Made by a program: the position numbers and the translations under genes. This document shows positions 25,208 to 37,706 of a stretch of 64,000 nt of DNA, in pieces. How positions within the stretch are numbered: the first letter of the stretch is position 1; each line of letters begins with the position of its first letter. The stretch is from the NCBI GenBank assembly GCA_028534125.1, contig CM052817.1, forward strand, positions 25,112,001 to 25,176,000, read 5' to 3'. This DNA comes from Lama glama. Taxonomy: Eukaryota. The notes under the pieces were generated by a model. It was not told the origin of the DNA. It saw only the letters and a list, made by a program, of their open reading frames with translations, and made no database searches.

Positions 25208-25485
25208 TATGTATGTATGTATGTATTTACTTATTTATTTTGAACTATAGTTGATTTACAATACTGTGTTAGTTTTAGGTGTACAGCAAAGTGATTCAGT
25301 TATTTTTTCAGATTATATTCCATCAGGAGTTATTATAAGATATTGAATATAGTTCCCTGTGCTGTACAGTAAATCCTTGTTGTTTATCTGTTTTATATTT
25401 AATAGCTTGTATCTGTTAATCACAAACTCCTAATTAATCTCCCTCCTCCCCCTTTGGAAACCATAAATTTGTTTTCTATGTCTGT
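25208..25485 (-). mobile_element. L1 3' end (artiodactyl-type) with (TATG)n/(TTTA)n tail
   Basis: 'tatagttgatttacaatactgtgttagttttaggtgtacagcaaagtgattcagtta...gtgctgtacagtaaatccttgttg'; same family as 14025-14400. Confidence 0.88.
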
Positions 25486-26218
25486 TCTTTCTCTTAACAT
25501 TATTTCCTCTTTTGTGGTGTGGGTTTGTTTCTAGTTTGCCTCCACATTGACAGTGTTGGTCTGCAAGGTCTTAGATCCTCAAAGGGGACTCCCTGCGCTT
25601 CTTTTCTTGGATGAGACCTAGCTTTTGACTTCTTACTGTCAAAACAAAAGTTCCATGACACCAGCCCCCAAGAGCAAAGTGGATTATTACTCACCCAAAT
25701 TCTTCTTTTTACTTTATTTCTGGCCTCTGAGGAGTCCTCTTCTTACCAGCTCAGTGATATATTTATAAAGGTAAATCTGTAAATATTTTATTACACGTTA
25801 GCCATTTTCAGGAGTTGGGTTGCTCTGGGTGTCTAGTCTGCTCTGCTGATAGAAACAGAAGTCATTCTGGTTTAGTGTCTCCCTCTTTGCTTCCTGGGTC
25901 TCCTATGTCTTTTGCCCCAGGTTTCTGCTTCCAATTTCAGGGTCTCCATTTTATCCTCTGGTCTTGTGTATCTTCTACGGTGGCTCCATGTACCTCAGAT
26001 TGTACCTCTAAACAGTAAATTACCTGTTTGTTGCTATATGGATGGTCCTTCATAGGTAATGAGTGAGGGGTCCGTAACAGATATTATTATGTGCACATTG
26101 TCTCTGTTTCTTCATTCTGGAAAGGCAGGGGAGTAGAATTTGGCGAGAGGGGAGGATTAAGAGGAGAGGGGAAGGTGAGCAAACTCCTCCCTCTCTGCTC
26201 TGAGAAGTTTCGGGTGCT

Positions 26219-26239
26219 GCTACTACTACTACACACACA

Positions 26240-26272
<33 letters not shown>
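26219..26272. repeat. (CTA)n followed by (CA)n microsatellite
   Basis: ctactactact then acacacacac... Confidence 0.95.
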
Positions 26273-26273
<1 letters not shown>

Positions 26274-26349
26274 AGCAACCTGTCCTAGACCAGGCGAACA
26301 GGGCAAGCTTTTCCCTGATGAGACAAAAGTAGTCAGAGGCTGTTCTTTT

Positions 26350-27480
26350 TTTCCCAATTAATCTGTTCAATAACAACAAAAATATTTTCTTTATACACAT
26401 ACATATATAATTTTTCATAAATGTGAGCATATCCTACAGTCTTTTTTTCCCCTGTGTCATTTTGTGCCTGATTCTCCTCTCCTGAGCTTTCTTATCTATA
26501 CTTGTTCATCAACCATGGACCTCAGCCTCCACCAAGTAACACGTTAGAGCCCAGGATGTAGTCTTCCAGATTTTTCTCCATGAACATGTAATCATACAAA
26601 TGAAGATTTGTGCGATTCATACAAATGAAGATTTGACATTATTTGCTCTACAAGAATAGATTCACATTATACACTCTTGTGTTTTGTTTTTTCAATAATG
26701 CTTCATGGAAATCCTTCTAAGCCAACTGATCCAGCTCTCACTCATTCCTTTAGTGGTTATGAAAATCTCCCTTTGTGTGGCTATACATAATATATTGGAC
26801 CATTCCTCTACTGAGGGGCATTATTTCCAGGTTTGTCACTACAAACAAGGCTACGACAAATATCCTTGTAAACTTGTGCTTTGTGCTGGTGGTTTTATGT
26901 TTGTGGGATAGATTCCCAGGAGTGGAGTTGAAGGGTAGAAGGGTGTGTGATATTTATTAAATTTTAATAAGCATTGTCAGATTGTTCCCCAAAAGGCTGT
27001 CACAACTTACATTTCTATCAGTGGTGTATGGGAGTACCCTATTCACAGCATCCTGTAGTTTTTATTCCAGCCCGTAGTCACTTGATTTTTTCAATTTAAA
27101 AACCTTTATATAATGGGAGTAAAGTGATATCTCATTGTTGCATGCATTTGCATTTCCGTAACCACAATTCATCTAAATAATTTTGTTATTTGGATTGGCT
27201 CTTTTTCTAAATTGTCTATTTACTACCTTTTGTGTACTTTTCTCAGTTGTCCCTTTTTTGGGTGCCAATTTGTAAATGCTCTTTTTGTGTTATAAATGCT
27301 AGTCTTTGGTCTGTCTTGTGTATTATATTTTATCCCAAATTATTATTTCCTTACTAATTTTATTTGTGGTGCTTTTTGGCTTACAAATGTATAAAAATGT
27401 TTACATGGTTAAATATATATATATCTTTCATTTTCAAGCTTCTTCTGGTTTCCAATCTCAGTTTGAAAGGTATTTGTAAG
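26350..27480 (-). mobile_element. Old L1 (L1ME-like) 3' region
   Basis: 'ccattcctctactgaggggcatt', 'gggatagattcccaggagtggagttg', 'gtaaagtgatatctcattgttg'. Confidence 0.65.
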
Positions 27481-27827
27481 CCTTGGGATTGTAAGTCATG
27501 GCAAACAGGCCCCAGAGCCAGTGAGTGAGAAATACTTACAATGAGATCCCAACCTGGAGACCGGACAATGCGGTGAAGGAGCTTTGCTCTAATAATTGGG
27601 TAGAATCAGTTCTGACAATGGTGAATGAATCTGCTTCAGGCAAATGCACCCTCCAGTGAGAACTGACCAAAGAGTGATGACATTACACCTGAGACCTGTA
27701 CTACATCCCGGAGGACAACTGATGTCACTACCAAATGACCTGGAGCGCAGCAGGAGACTTGAAGAAGAATGACAAGGAAGTGCTTTTCCCTTCCCTAGAA
27801 ATAGGGTAGGAGTTGAGAGCACCGAGT

Positions 27828-27950
27828 TCAAGTGCAGATGAGGAAATTAAAGCTCAGAGAGATGATAAGACTGCTCCACGGTCACACAGCTTGTTCAACA
27901 GCAGAGATGGAATTTAAATCATATCTTCTAACCCAAAGACCTGTGCTTTC
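27828..27950 (-). mobile_element. MIR SINE
   Basis: 'gcagatgaggaaattaaagctcagagagatgataagactgctccacggtcacacagct'. Confidence 0.75.
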
Positions 27951-28009
27951 CCCAGATTTCACAGGCACAACTCTTGTGGAATTTTGCTCGTCATCATGAC
28001 GGCATCCTT

Positions 28010-28300
28010 GAAAGCTTTACTACGTGCTATAGGCACTGTTCTAAGCACTTTGCATGTCATGGCATATTTCACCGTCACAAAAGTCTTTGTAATCCAGAAC
28101 ATCAGCAAACACATTTCGTAAGGTCAATCATTCCATCAATAACTGAAGCCTGGCCATGGGACAATTCCCTCCCCAAATGGGAGCTGGTATTTTCTCTATT
28201 TTTTAAAGGAGGGAACTGGGGCATAGAGAAACTAAATGTCTCATCCAAGGTTACAAGGTCAAAGTAGTAGAGTTTTGATTAAAGCTCTAAAAACCTATAC
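28010..28300 (-). mobile_element. MIR SINE (fragmented)
   Basis: 'tactacgtgctataggcactgttctaagcactttgcatg' ... 'ggagggaactggggcatagagaaactaaatgtctcatccaaggttaca'. Confidence 0.6.
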
Positions 28301-28869
28301 CACTACCCTTATGCTTCACGGCCTTATGACGTAAGTTCTCTGCCTCTCTTATTTTGCTTTCTATCCTTTGTAAGATACATTTATTGGTTAATATATTTAT
28401 TATATTTGCTTGCTTTTTCTCCACTGTGTTATTTTTAAGTTTGTTTTTCTGCCACTACAGTGAGTTTGGCTGAATGAAGTTCATTTGGGGAGGGAATTGT
28501 CCCATGGCCAGGCTTCAGTTATTGATGGAATGTTTGACCTTATGAAATGTGTTTGCTGATGTTCTGGATTACAAAAACAGACCAAATGCAGAGGGAGAGT
28601 TGCCGAGGGGGCACAAAGTAAAGACAGGAAGGCTTCCTGGAGTTTGCTGTCCATCTCCACACTGGGCTTGCTGGCCTCCCGGAAGCTCTCCCAGACCCTT
28701 CTGGTTGATCCTGGATTAAGCAGAGTCAGTCGGGGTACTGATCATGAGCTGTGCTGGCTCTTGGTCAAGAATAAGGAGAAAAACATAAAACAAAAACCAA
28801 TGTAGACTGAGGCTTTCCCATTCTCTGTTGGCATGCTGAAGAGATTTGGGAATTTTTTTCTTCTAGGAC

Positions 28870-29160
28870 AGTCAACAAAGATTTTTTAAGCATTTACTGT
28901 GCACAGAGCATGATGGCAGGCCTTGTTAAGGATCCGTAAGTGCATTAGTCTTCGTCTGTGATCGATATCCTAGGGGAGGCAGATACATATTAACTTTGAC
29001 ACAAATTAATTTTGTTAAGTGTCCCACTACAGGGAAGATCAAAATACAAAGGGAATGTAGGAGGGGTGAATTTTCAATGGGAGTTATGAGAAAGCCATCT
29101 TGGTGAGATGGATTAATAAAAATAAAACATTACATTTGAACAGGCAGATTCATGAGAGTT
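28870..29160 (-). mobile_element. L2 LINE 3' fragment
   Basis: 'caacaaagattttttaagcatttactgtgcacagagcat...ctaggggaggcagatacat'. Confidence 0.55.
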
Positions 29161-29189
29161 GAGGGAAGAGAATAGGGGGTAATAATTTT

Positions 29190-29668
29190 ACTCAGGAGTC
29201 AGGAAACATGGGTTCTAGCCCCATCTCTATAATCCTTATCAGCTGCGTGAACTTAGGAAGTCAATCTGAGACTCTGGTTTTTCACCTGCAATGTGGGGAA
29301 ATTAAAAAGTAGCTATCCAAAATATACAAACTTCCAGTTTTACAATAAATAAGTCCTGGGGATGTAATGTACAGGATGGTGGCGACAGTTAATAACACTG
29401 TATTGTATATTTGTAAGTTGCTAAGAGAATAAGTCTTAAAAGTTCTCATCACAAAAAAAACATTCGTAACTATGTGAGGTGATGGATGTTAATGAAAATT
29501 ATTGTGGTGATCATTTCACAATATATACATATATCAAGTCATTATCATCTTAATGTTTTATGTCAATTATAGCTCAATAAAACTGGGGAGAAAAAGCACC
29601 TACCCCAGGTTTGTTGGGAGGATTTTTGCTCAGGATCTGGCACATTGGAGGTTCTCAGTAAGCACTTA
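29190..29668 (+). mobile_element. MIR SINE split by the L1 insertion at 29318-29595
   Basis: 5' part 'ggagtcaggaaacatgggttctagccc...ctggtttttcacctgcaatgtgggg'; resumes 'cacctaccccaggtttgttgggaggatt'. Confidence 0.7.
29318..29595 (+). mobile_element. L1 3' UTR fragment (L1MA9-like) with approximate TSD
   Basis: 'tacaaacttccagttt..aataagtcctggggatgtaatgtaca...aaaagttctcatcacaaaaaaa...ctcaataaaactgggg'; flanks aaaaagtagcta (29304) / aaaaagcaccta (29591). Confidence 0.88.
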
Positions 29669-29670
29669 AA

Positions 29671-29733
29671 GTGTGTGTGTGCACATGTGTGCTTGCATGT
29701 GCGAGCGTGTGTGTGAGCACATGTGCGTGTGTG
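29671..29733. repeat. Degenerate (TG)n/(CG)-mixed purine-pyrimidine repeat
   Basis: gtgtgtgtgtgcacatgtgtgc...gcgtgtgtgtgagcacatgtgcgtgtgt. Confidence 0.7.
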
Positions 29734-31639
29734 GCCCGGGAGAGTGCCTGCTGGTGGCCAGGAGGGCGGGGAGCAGAGTGCTGGGAGGGCTATGAGTGAC
29801 TGTGGGTGTGGGTGTGTGTAGTGTTGAAAAAGTTGGGGGAGGAAGATGTAGTGGGAGGTGAGACTAGAAGGTTAAATAAGAATCAAGGAGTGAAAATCTT
29901 AGATTTGACTCTGCTGGAAACAGGGAACCAACAGTGTTTTTCATCAGATGATTAGAAAGTGCTGGCAGGTCCTGGAAGAAATGACCAGCGCCTGTGCTTG
30001 TAGACTCAAATATTTACCCAGTCTCTCTTCCATGTGGCAGGTTGTACCCTGAAGTTGTCCCCCAAACCACGCCCCCCCCTTTAAAGTCTTTCTTTCCCCT
30101 GTGTTTTGAGGCCTGGAGGACAAAGGTGATTTGAGCTTTTGAAAAAAAATTTAAAAATGTATGTTTCACCCAGATACATCCTCCAAACCAGCTCTTCCTT
30201 CGTTTCCTCATACGTGCTCCAAAAAATAATGGGGTTTGGGGGAGGGCTTTATAAGGTTAGCAGAATATGTCAAGCTACATGAAACTTGATTCACTTCCAT
30301 GGAACCATCTTTTCTTCCCTGGTACAATGCCCTGTAAAATTGTAAAGAAGGTATGGGCGCTACTGAGTCAATCCCAGAGGAGCCTTCTTGCTGCCAACCC
30401 GTTCCTTAGAAGGTGGACTCCTGAGGGCAGGTTTAGGGAATTGAAGTCCAAATCTGCAGAGTTGACAAAGTGTCCTGCCCTGGCCTGCCAAGTTCAAGAT
30501 GAACTTGTGTGAACTTTTTTGGTAACAGTTTGTCTGAAGCCGCTGCCTTTGTGCAATGCAGTTCCAACTTAGGGCATTACTGAATCCAGGATTCTAGGGA
30601 AATATACCAGGCCAGCGCATTTATTTGGCCTTTGGAGCTTAATTGCCAACGTTAAATCAATGACACAAGCAATCTCTTCTGATCAAAAATCTTTGAAGAC
30701 CTCAATCTGGCACCACTCTATTGCTGTTTTTCAGAAGAAAGTCTAAGAATTGAGCCTATCATGGGAGTTAAGATTTTGAGTCAATGATTAATGGCACAAT
30801 GGCGTGTGTTTTCTCTCTGAATTAACCCAGGTGACCCATGGCATTTGCACCTTGTGTTAACCATTAGACACATAAGTCAGCCCTGTATGTATTTGGGTGG
30901 TGGATTGCTCAGGGCCATCACTGCACTTTGCAGGAGAGAACCCCGTGATCAGTGAGCCTTTACCAGGAGAGCTGGGCTTGGGGGCTGCCTTCTGTCCTCT
31001 GGCTTGAGGAGGAAGTTCTGTTGGCTTCTGGTTGCTCCCTGACTGGGGCTTGTCACAGCGGGGCCTCCTTTCAGTGCTTCATATAAAAGTCCCTTTGATG
31101 GGGCGGCCTGCTGGGCATCGTGGACCAAGTCTAGACCCAGCAGAGGCCTTCTCGTGCTTCTGAGAAAATCAGGCATCGCACTTTAAACATGTCTGCTCAA
31201 ATGTTAGTATTTTTTCCTCTTCAAACTCTTTCCATAATTAATGGGGAAAGTGGTTATCTTGCCAAGTTATTAGTTTTAGGTAAAGTCAGCCTGAATTTGA
31301 GCAAGAAAGTACAAACTGTGATGATCAGTTTCTCTGGAACTCTTCTTCCTGCCGGAAATGGTGTGAGCAGGTGGGGAGGAGGGATGGGCATGTTTAACTC
31401 ATAGTCCTCTGACTTTGGAAAGGTTCACCTTCATATTATTTGTCCCCTTAATAAGAACTGAGTGGTGGAGGGAAGCAGAGAGAGAGCGAGCTGGGGAGTT
31501 AGGATTTAGTTTAAGGGGATTTTCTTTTATTTAATTGCTTCAATTTAAGGGTTGAGATTTAATTTATTTTTTTGAAATTCAAATAACATTAAATAAAGAT
31601 ATGGCTTTTTATGTTTATTGAAAGCATTAATTAGTTAAT

Positions 31640-31935
31640 TAAAACTGAAATGTATTTGACATGCGATGCTGTGTACATTAAAGATGTATAATGTGTTGTT
31701 TTGATACATTTATATATTGTAATATAATTGCCATCATAGAGATAGTTAGCACCTCTATTACATCATTACCATTTCTTTTTTGTGGTGGGAAGTAATTAAA
31801 ATCTAGTCTCAGCCAACTTGATGATTATAACACAATATTATTGTCTATATTCACTATATGTTACATCTCCAGGACTTATTTATCTACTGGTTGCAAGTGT
31901 GCATCCTACACATTTCCCCCATAGCCCCATCCTCC
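31640..31935 (-). mobile_element. L1 3' UTR fragment
   Basis: 'tttgatacatttatatattgtaatataattgccatca...ttacatctccaggacttatttatct'. Confidence 0.75.
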
Positions 31936-32834
31936 AGCCAAGAAAGCAGGAATTGAGAAGGCTGGGGAATGGTAGTGTAAAGTCTCCTAATGTAAAGGGT
32001 TCCCTCACCTAGATCTTCTCTGAAGGGAAGTCCACTTGTTTCTCAAAGCCCAGCTCACATGGCACCCACTCTAAGTTTGTCCCAACCCTTCCAGCCAGGA
32101 ATCTGTCCTCTTCTAAAATTCCTGCCACACTTCATTTGAAGCTTCTTTTAAACAGTGTTTTTCTGTTGCTGTTATTCATACCCATCTCTGAAGTTTCTAT
32201 GTTTTTGTATTTCTGCAGTATCCGAAGTGGGTTTTGCACAAAGGTGCATATGCACCTGGAGGTATGTATTCAAAAAATATTTATGGTGTAAACAAAAGGA
32301 TGATCCCAAAATTCTGAGGAAAAAAAAAAGAGAAAAGAATAAGATAGAGTGGTTAGATGAAGATACAGGAAAAAGACAAATCTTAGAAGACATCGTAGGT
32401 ATCTTCCGGCCACAGAGTCACACCCTGTGGCTGCAGAGAACATAGGAATGCTCTTACCCAGGCCGGGGGAAGGGAGAGGTGCAAACAGCAAGGTCCCATG
32501 GGAGCCGGGGGGTAGGGGGGAGCTGGAGTTGGGGTGTCCTCTGCCCCTGGGGCTCTCAATTCTGCAAGGTCTGTTCTCAGTGGCCAGTGTCCTCTTGCTC
32601 TTCCTATCCTATATGCTCTGGGCTCTTCAAAGTCACATTTTGTAAGTGTGTTGATCCTGAATCTGAAATTCCAATTTGTCCACAATTTCTTCTGAAAACC
32701 TACCAAGAAGCTTCTGGACCTTGTTGTGGGCTAAGTCCCTGCTGCTTCCTAAGTGCATCCCTCCTTTTTAAGCTCAGACCACCGTATGTGGGGGCAGGGG
32801 GCAAAGGGGACAATTTATACGTTTGTTTTGTATC

Positions 32835-33957
32835 CATCACCAGATTCTCACATCCAGTTGCCTATTTAACATCTTCCTGTGGATGTCTGCTAGGCAGCTT
32901 ACTCTTCATGTGTTCAAAACCAAACTCTCTCTCTTTCTCTTTTTATTTTTTCAGACTGGAACCACTCAGACTGCGTTCTCTCCCCTTTACTCTCCCAAAG
33001 GAAGAGAAGAATGAAAAACATGACCCTTGACCTTGCCCTGTGCCAACCTGCTTCTCTCCTAGTTGTCCTATTTCAATAAATGTCAGATCCTGCCCCAGCT
33101 GTTCAGGTCAGTTATCTTCCAGTCATCTTGATGCCCTTCTTTCTTCCAAACTCCAAATCCAGTACACCAGCTGTACCTTCAGAATATATTCTTAACCTGA
33201 CTGGTCTCGTCTCAGCACCTGTACTGCTCCCATCCGGCTTGGAGCCAGCACCGTCTTTTGCCTGGATGACTGCAGTGTCATCTACCCAGTTTCCCTGCTT
33301 CGTCCTTGCCCTGACTTCCACAATCTCCTCTCAGCAGCCAGAGTACTGGTCAGATTGTGCCATTCCCTGCTCAACACCTCCCAGTGGTTTCCTAAATCTC
33401 CCAGAATAAAATCAGAAGCCCTTTCAAGTGCCTTCAAAAGCTTATGTGATTTACCTACCCACCCTCTAGATTTCATCTCGTATTATTCTCACCTCTTTGC
33501 TGTTACTTCAACATGCCGGCTGTTTCTGATCATGCCTCAGGTCCCCCTGTCTCCTTTCTACTTAGAATGTTCTTTCTCCAGCTGTTCAAAGTCCCCTTGT
33601 CAGAGAGGACATCCCTGTACAGTTTCTCCAACACTACTTAGTCTTAAACGTCTTCTTAGTCCTTCACATATACATGTTACTACATATACATTTGTCTGCA
33701 GTATCATTTTACCACCCGCTTGCATAAAAGCTCTGTGATGGGCGAGGGTATAGCTCAGTGATAGAGTGAGTGTTGAGCATGCATGAGGTCCTGGGTTCGA
33801 TCCCTAGTACCTCCATTAAAATAAATAAGTAAATAAATAAACCTAATTACCACCCCCCCAAAAAAAAACTATAAAAGCAGAGACTTTCTTTTGTTTGCTC
33901 TGCCTGGGACTGTTCCTAGCACATAGTAGGAGCTCATTAACTCCTGGCTGAATGAAC
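32835..33957 (+). mobile_element. L2 LINE, ~1 kb 3' portion, interrupted by a SINE
   Basis: 'ccagttgcctatttaacatcttcctgtggatgtct...caaaaccaaactc', 'cagaataaaatcagaagcccttt', tail 'cctagcacatagtaggagctcattaactcctggctgaatgaa'. Confidence 0.85.
33740..33868 (+). mobile_element. Full-length tRNA-derived SINE, Vic-1-like (camelid)
   Basis: 'gggcgagggtatagctcagtgatagag...gcatgcatgaggtcctgggttcgatccctagtacctcc..aaataaataaacctaattaccacccccc' plus poly-A; A box at 33751, B box GGTTCGATCC at 33794. Confidence 0.9.
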
Positions 33958-34644
33958 CCCATGAGGTCTAGAGAGGAACACTGTACCGGTGTTCGCAGAT
34001 GTTATCTCCTGAGGCAGCTGTTGGGGTCTAAGAAATGAGTCAAAAGGCCAAGGAGTGTAGGGGAGGGTAAACCCTGCTGTGAGTTTAGTCCTCCTCTCTT
34101 TCCTACAATGAATGGTCCGGCTGTTTTGTTTTATTTTCTCAAGAAAATGAGATAACCATCAGAGGCTAATCAAGTTGGTCTTTTCTTGGAATAGATCAAT
34201 AACTTACGCCATTGATATATCTCTGTGTGTAACATCCTAATGATCTTTCCCAACTTCCAACTATGTCAGAATAAATAACTGTTCCATATTTGAGCTTGGT
34301 CAGATACACACACATCCACACTGCTGGCTTCAATCATAACATACCCATTTTCTCCAGGCAAGAGGCTGACACTCTATCCTGCACGCTGCTCAGAAGATCC
34401 AATGTTTTCATGAAGTTCCAAAAAGATTTTGCTAATTCTTTAGGCACTCTGATTTATATTTCAAGTTTTTTGGATTTCCTTATTTTTTAAAAACTGCAAC
34501 AGCAACAGCAATAATAGTAATAATTTTAAAAATCCTTAAAGATTATTTCAGAGAACTAATGACTAAATATCAAATATAGTAATATTTCCTAAGACTAAAT
34601 ATTAGGAAATCTGGGCTGTAGGGCTAGACCTAAAAACTGAATGT

Positions 34645-34905
34645 ATTCTGGCTTCAGGTTCAGACTGTGGATTCAATTTTTAATCTAAGTTAGTTTTCTC
34701 CCCAAACCCAACAAAAATGACAGCAAGACTTTTTTTTTTTTTTTTTTTTTTTTTAGGAATAAACTCACAAGGACAGGACAGAGAGGACAGGAGAAGAGAC
34801 AACAGCACTACAATCTTGGAAGTTGGACAAGAGAGAGACACATACTAGCCGACTTAGCAGATTAACAAACAGCAAGGGCACCAGCCCATCAAAAAGATAC
34901 CAGAT
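34645..34905 (+). mobile_element. Ancient L1M 5' UTR-like fragment containing a T25 tract (34730-34754)
   Basis: 'ccccaaacccaacaaaaatgacagcaaga' and 'gagaagagacaacagcactacaatcttggaagttgga...gacttagcaga' resemble old L1M 5' ends (from memory). Confidence 0.45.
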
Positions 34906-34914
34906 ATAAACAAC

Positions 34915-34980
34915 CGGTGAGGCCACGGTGTATGGTTGTGAAGGCTGTGCACTGTACAACTACTGGCAGTAGCCTGGCCC
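34915..34980. mobile_element. MER91-like (hAT-Tip100) fragment
   Basis: 'ggttgtgaaggctgtgcactgtacaac'. Confidence 0.4.
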
Positions 34981-36929
34981 TATCAGAGCACACAAGCTGA
35001 ATATGAGTCCTACCTAGTCTTGGGTGATCAGTCCTCACTTCTGATGTAACTTGTGTGCCTTACAGGTAAGGCCTAGAAGATCCCCAGAGTTATGTCTTTT
35101 GTGATTGGTTATTCTAAGACTGGGAACACATTCTACAGGGCAGGGTCATCCTGCTGGTCTCAATTTTTCCCCCTGACATTACATATTAGCCACTTGATTT
35201 TAGACTCATAATTGTTAATGAAACAAACACAAGAAGCAATTCCTGTTGGGGAAAGAAAGATAAATATTCCAAGCCTGTCTCCAAATCAGTGTGGTTGAAA
35301 AATGATGTTAATTGAAAACAGCTTAACTCAGCAAAACTCACAAAGTTATTTCCAATGTGTTTGCTAAAGTATTTTACCCTGTGTTCTTAAAGCAGGATCA
35401 TTTACAAATGAGTGCCCTGAGTGCAACTTTCAGTTGCTTTGTGGAATGGGGGAGGAAGAGGAGAGCACGGCAGACCTAGGATTCTGACATATGAGACACC
35501 TAGCTCTCCCCTTCCTTATCTGAGTACTTAACTTTGAACTGCTCATCTGATGTTAATGAGCTTCACGTTTGTCTAAGAAAATGCCAGCCTTTCATTTAAT
35601 AGGGCCAATTGGCCAATTTCTTTAAGTCTGAATTTAAGCCAAGGTTAAAAAAAAAATCACTGTTATTAACCTACTGCCTGATCTATCTTTTAAGCCTTCC
35701 TGGAATCTTGCATTTCAACTGAGTTTTTGTAATTTATTGTGGATAAGTGATCCAGAAAGTTAATGTGCTCGTTTTCTTAAATAGTCAAGTTGTGAATCAT
35801 TGACCAGTTCCCTAACTGCTCTTCAGGTAGGGGGAGAAGGAAATGCTTTTAGGCTCAAAGCCCCTCCATCCCGCCCAGGCTTTCCCAGGGACCACTTGGA
35901 TTTCTAGAGATGTTTTGCATTCTTAGGTCTGGCTACAGACCTGCTCTCTGAGCGTCTGCCTTTCGAGAGGGTTCAAACCAGGTTTGATGCTACTACCTGC
36001 TGTTTCTTGAGGTGGAGCAGTGGGTGTGGCTGCAAATAAAAATAATTTCATCCTGCTGGACCAGATGGTTAGGACTGGTGTCAGCTGGGCGGATCCCTGC
36101 TTGCGTTTGCCCAAGCCCAAGGTAAGAGCCCCGAGTCACACTATTTCCCTCTGGCTCCTGACCAAGGGTTAGTAAGCCAGTTAACCTGGCTGTTTCACAC
36201 ATCACTAGGGATGTGTCTGAACACTGGACTGTGGGTCGTGGTTCTGAAAAAAAGAATGTTGGTCATGATCTGGCAGTGTTAGAGTGCTAATTTTCTTTTT
36301 TGGAAAAATTTGGAAGGGTTTCAGATTCATTCCCCAGTGTATTAAAAAAGATTTCTTGAATACTTGAGAAAAATGACCTCTTGAATACTCACGTTAGTTT
36401 TGCAGGCCAGTCTTCTTAGCTTGGATTCCCGGTAAACTCCAGCCAGTGATCTAGGTCTCTGTTCAGAACCCATCCTCTACCCTCCCCCCAACAGTGCTGT
36501 ACTCTGGACAGAGTGCATGTGGCTGAGGCCGCTGCTGGGCATCCAACAGGTGTGTGACGGCAGCCACTGGCCTGCAGGTCTCTGTCACTTGTACGGGGCC
36601 CTGCTCTTGACTTTCTTGGGGAAGTTCTCATCTGGCCTGGCATGTGTCACCTTGGTGAAAGAGTTACAGAGCTATTCCTGTAAATTTCTTCTACCCCTGA
36701 CCCAGAGATTCCAACTCAGTTTCAAACAGAGGTATAAAGACAGTAAAGATAGGCCCTGTATGTCTCTGCCAAACACCAGCCGAGGGTGAATTTTCCAAGC
36801 ATCAACTCTTATAGGAAACTTTGGTCTTAGTCCAAAAGACTGATCTAATGAGGATGCTCAAAGTCTTACTGTTCTGGAAACCTGGTTATCTGTTCAGTCC
36901 AACGCACATAAACCCACTTCTGTAAGGAG

Positions 36930-37130
36930 GACCTGACACTCAGATCTCAGCTCCTCCACTTCCTCAATGCGTGATCTTGGAGGGCTTACTTAATCTTCCT
37001 GAGTTTCAAGTTCCTGGTTTGTAAAATGGGGATGATAACGCCTACCCTGTAGGGTTGGGTTGTTGGAAGGATTCAGAGAAATATGTCAAGAGAAAGCATT
37101 TAATATGTGCAAAGGCTGTTTCTGTTATTT
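36930..37130 (+). mobile_element. MIR SINE
   Basis: 'ctcagctcctccacttcc..gtgatcttggagggcttacttaatcttcctgagtttcaagttcctggtttgtaaaatggggatgataa'. Confidence 0.8.
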
Positions 37131-37692
37131 AACGTGTGCCGTCTACGGACTAGGCACCTGGCACAGAGGTGAAATTCTGTGTAGATTATGGCCAGGGGGG
37201 AAGTGGGACCCATGAAGGGACGGCTTTAATAGGGTAGAAGCAGAAAGCTAGAGGCACACAGATGGCGCCAGGGTTGCTCAGCCAAGTCCAGCTGGGAACC
37301 CGGTACTGTTTGAGTGTCTTCACTTGGTTTCGTAATTGCCTGACAGTGATGTGTTTTCTGGCCAGGTGGAGTCCTGGGTGTAACTAGGTGGAGCAGGTGA
37401 GGCCAGAGGCCAGGTGCAGCCTGGGGAGGAGGTGTGGGGGTGGGGCAGGGTGTGGGTGTGCAGGGCCCTGCCCTCCTGTGAGCAGCCTACAGGGATGCTA
37501 CTTCCTGGAGAGGCGAGGCCATGCTGTCAGGGTGGGCAGTGAGGGTGAAGCCCGTCCGCTGCACTGTTTGACCCCCTCTTCCCTCAGCTAGGACTCATCA
37601 GTGTGTCTAGGATGTGAAAACACCTGCGGCTATGATGCTCTTTCTCGTCTTTCCCAAGATACGCAGGCTGCTTGTTGCCCTCCTGCGTGGTT

Positions 37693-37706
37693 GTTGTCAT
37701 GGAAAC
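37693..37706. promoter_or_regulatory. RFX X-box-like palindromic site
   Basis: GTTGTCATGGAAAC matches 12/14 of GTTGCCATGGCAAC; motif only, no functional evidence. Confidence 0.4.

Noticed and set aside
32479..33030. 183-aa Cys-rich ORF
   Set aside because: Non-ATG start, 3' part runs into an L2 element, no recognisable domain or consistent splice frame
33740..33812. tRNA-like sequence with A and B boxes
   Set aside because: Followed by SINE body and poly-A, with related copies at 22085 and 59553; a SINE, not a tRNA gene
37254..37270. CTCF-like motif cacacagatggcgcc
   Set aside because: Only the 3' half matches the CTCF consensus; too weak without ChIP data
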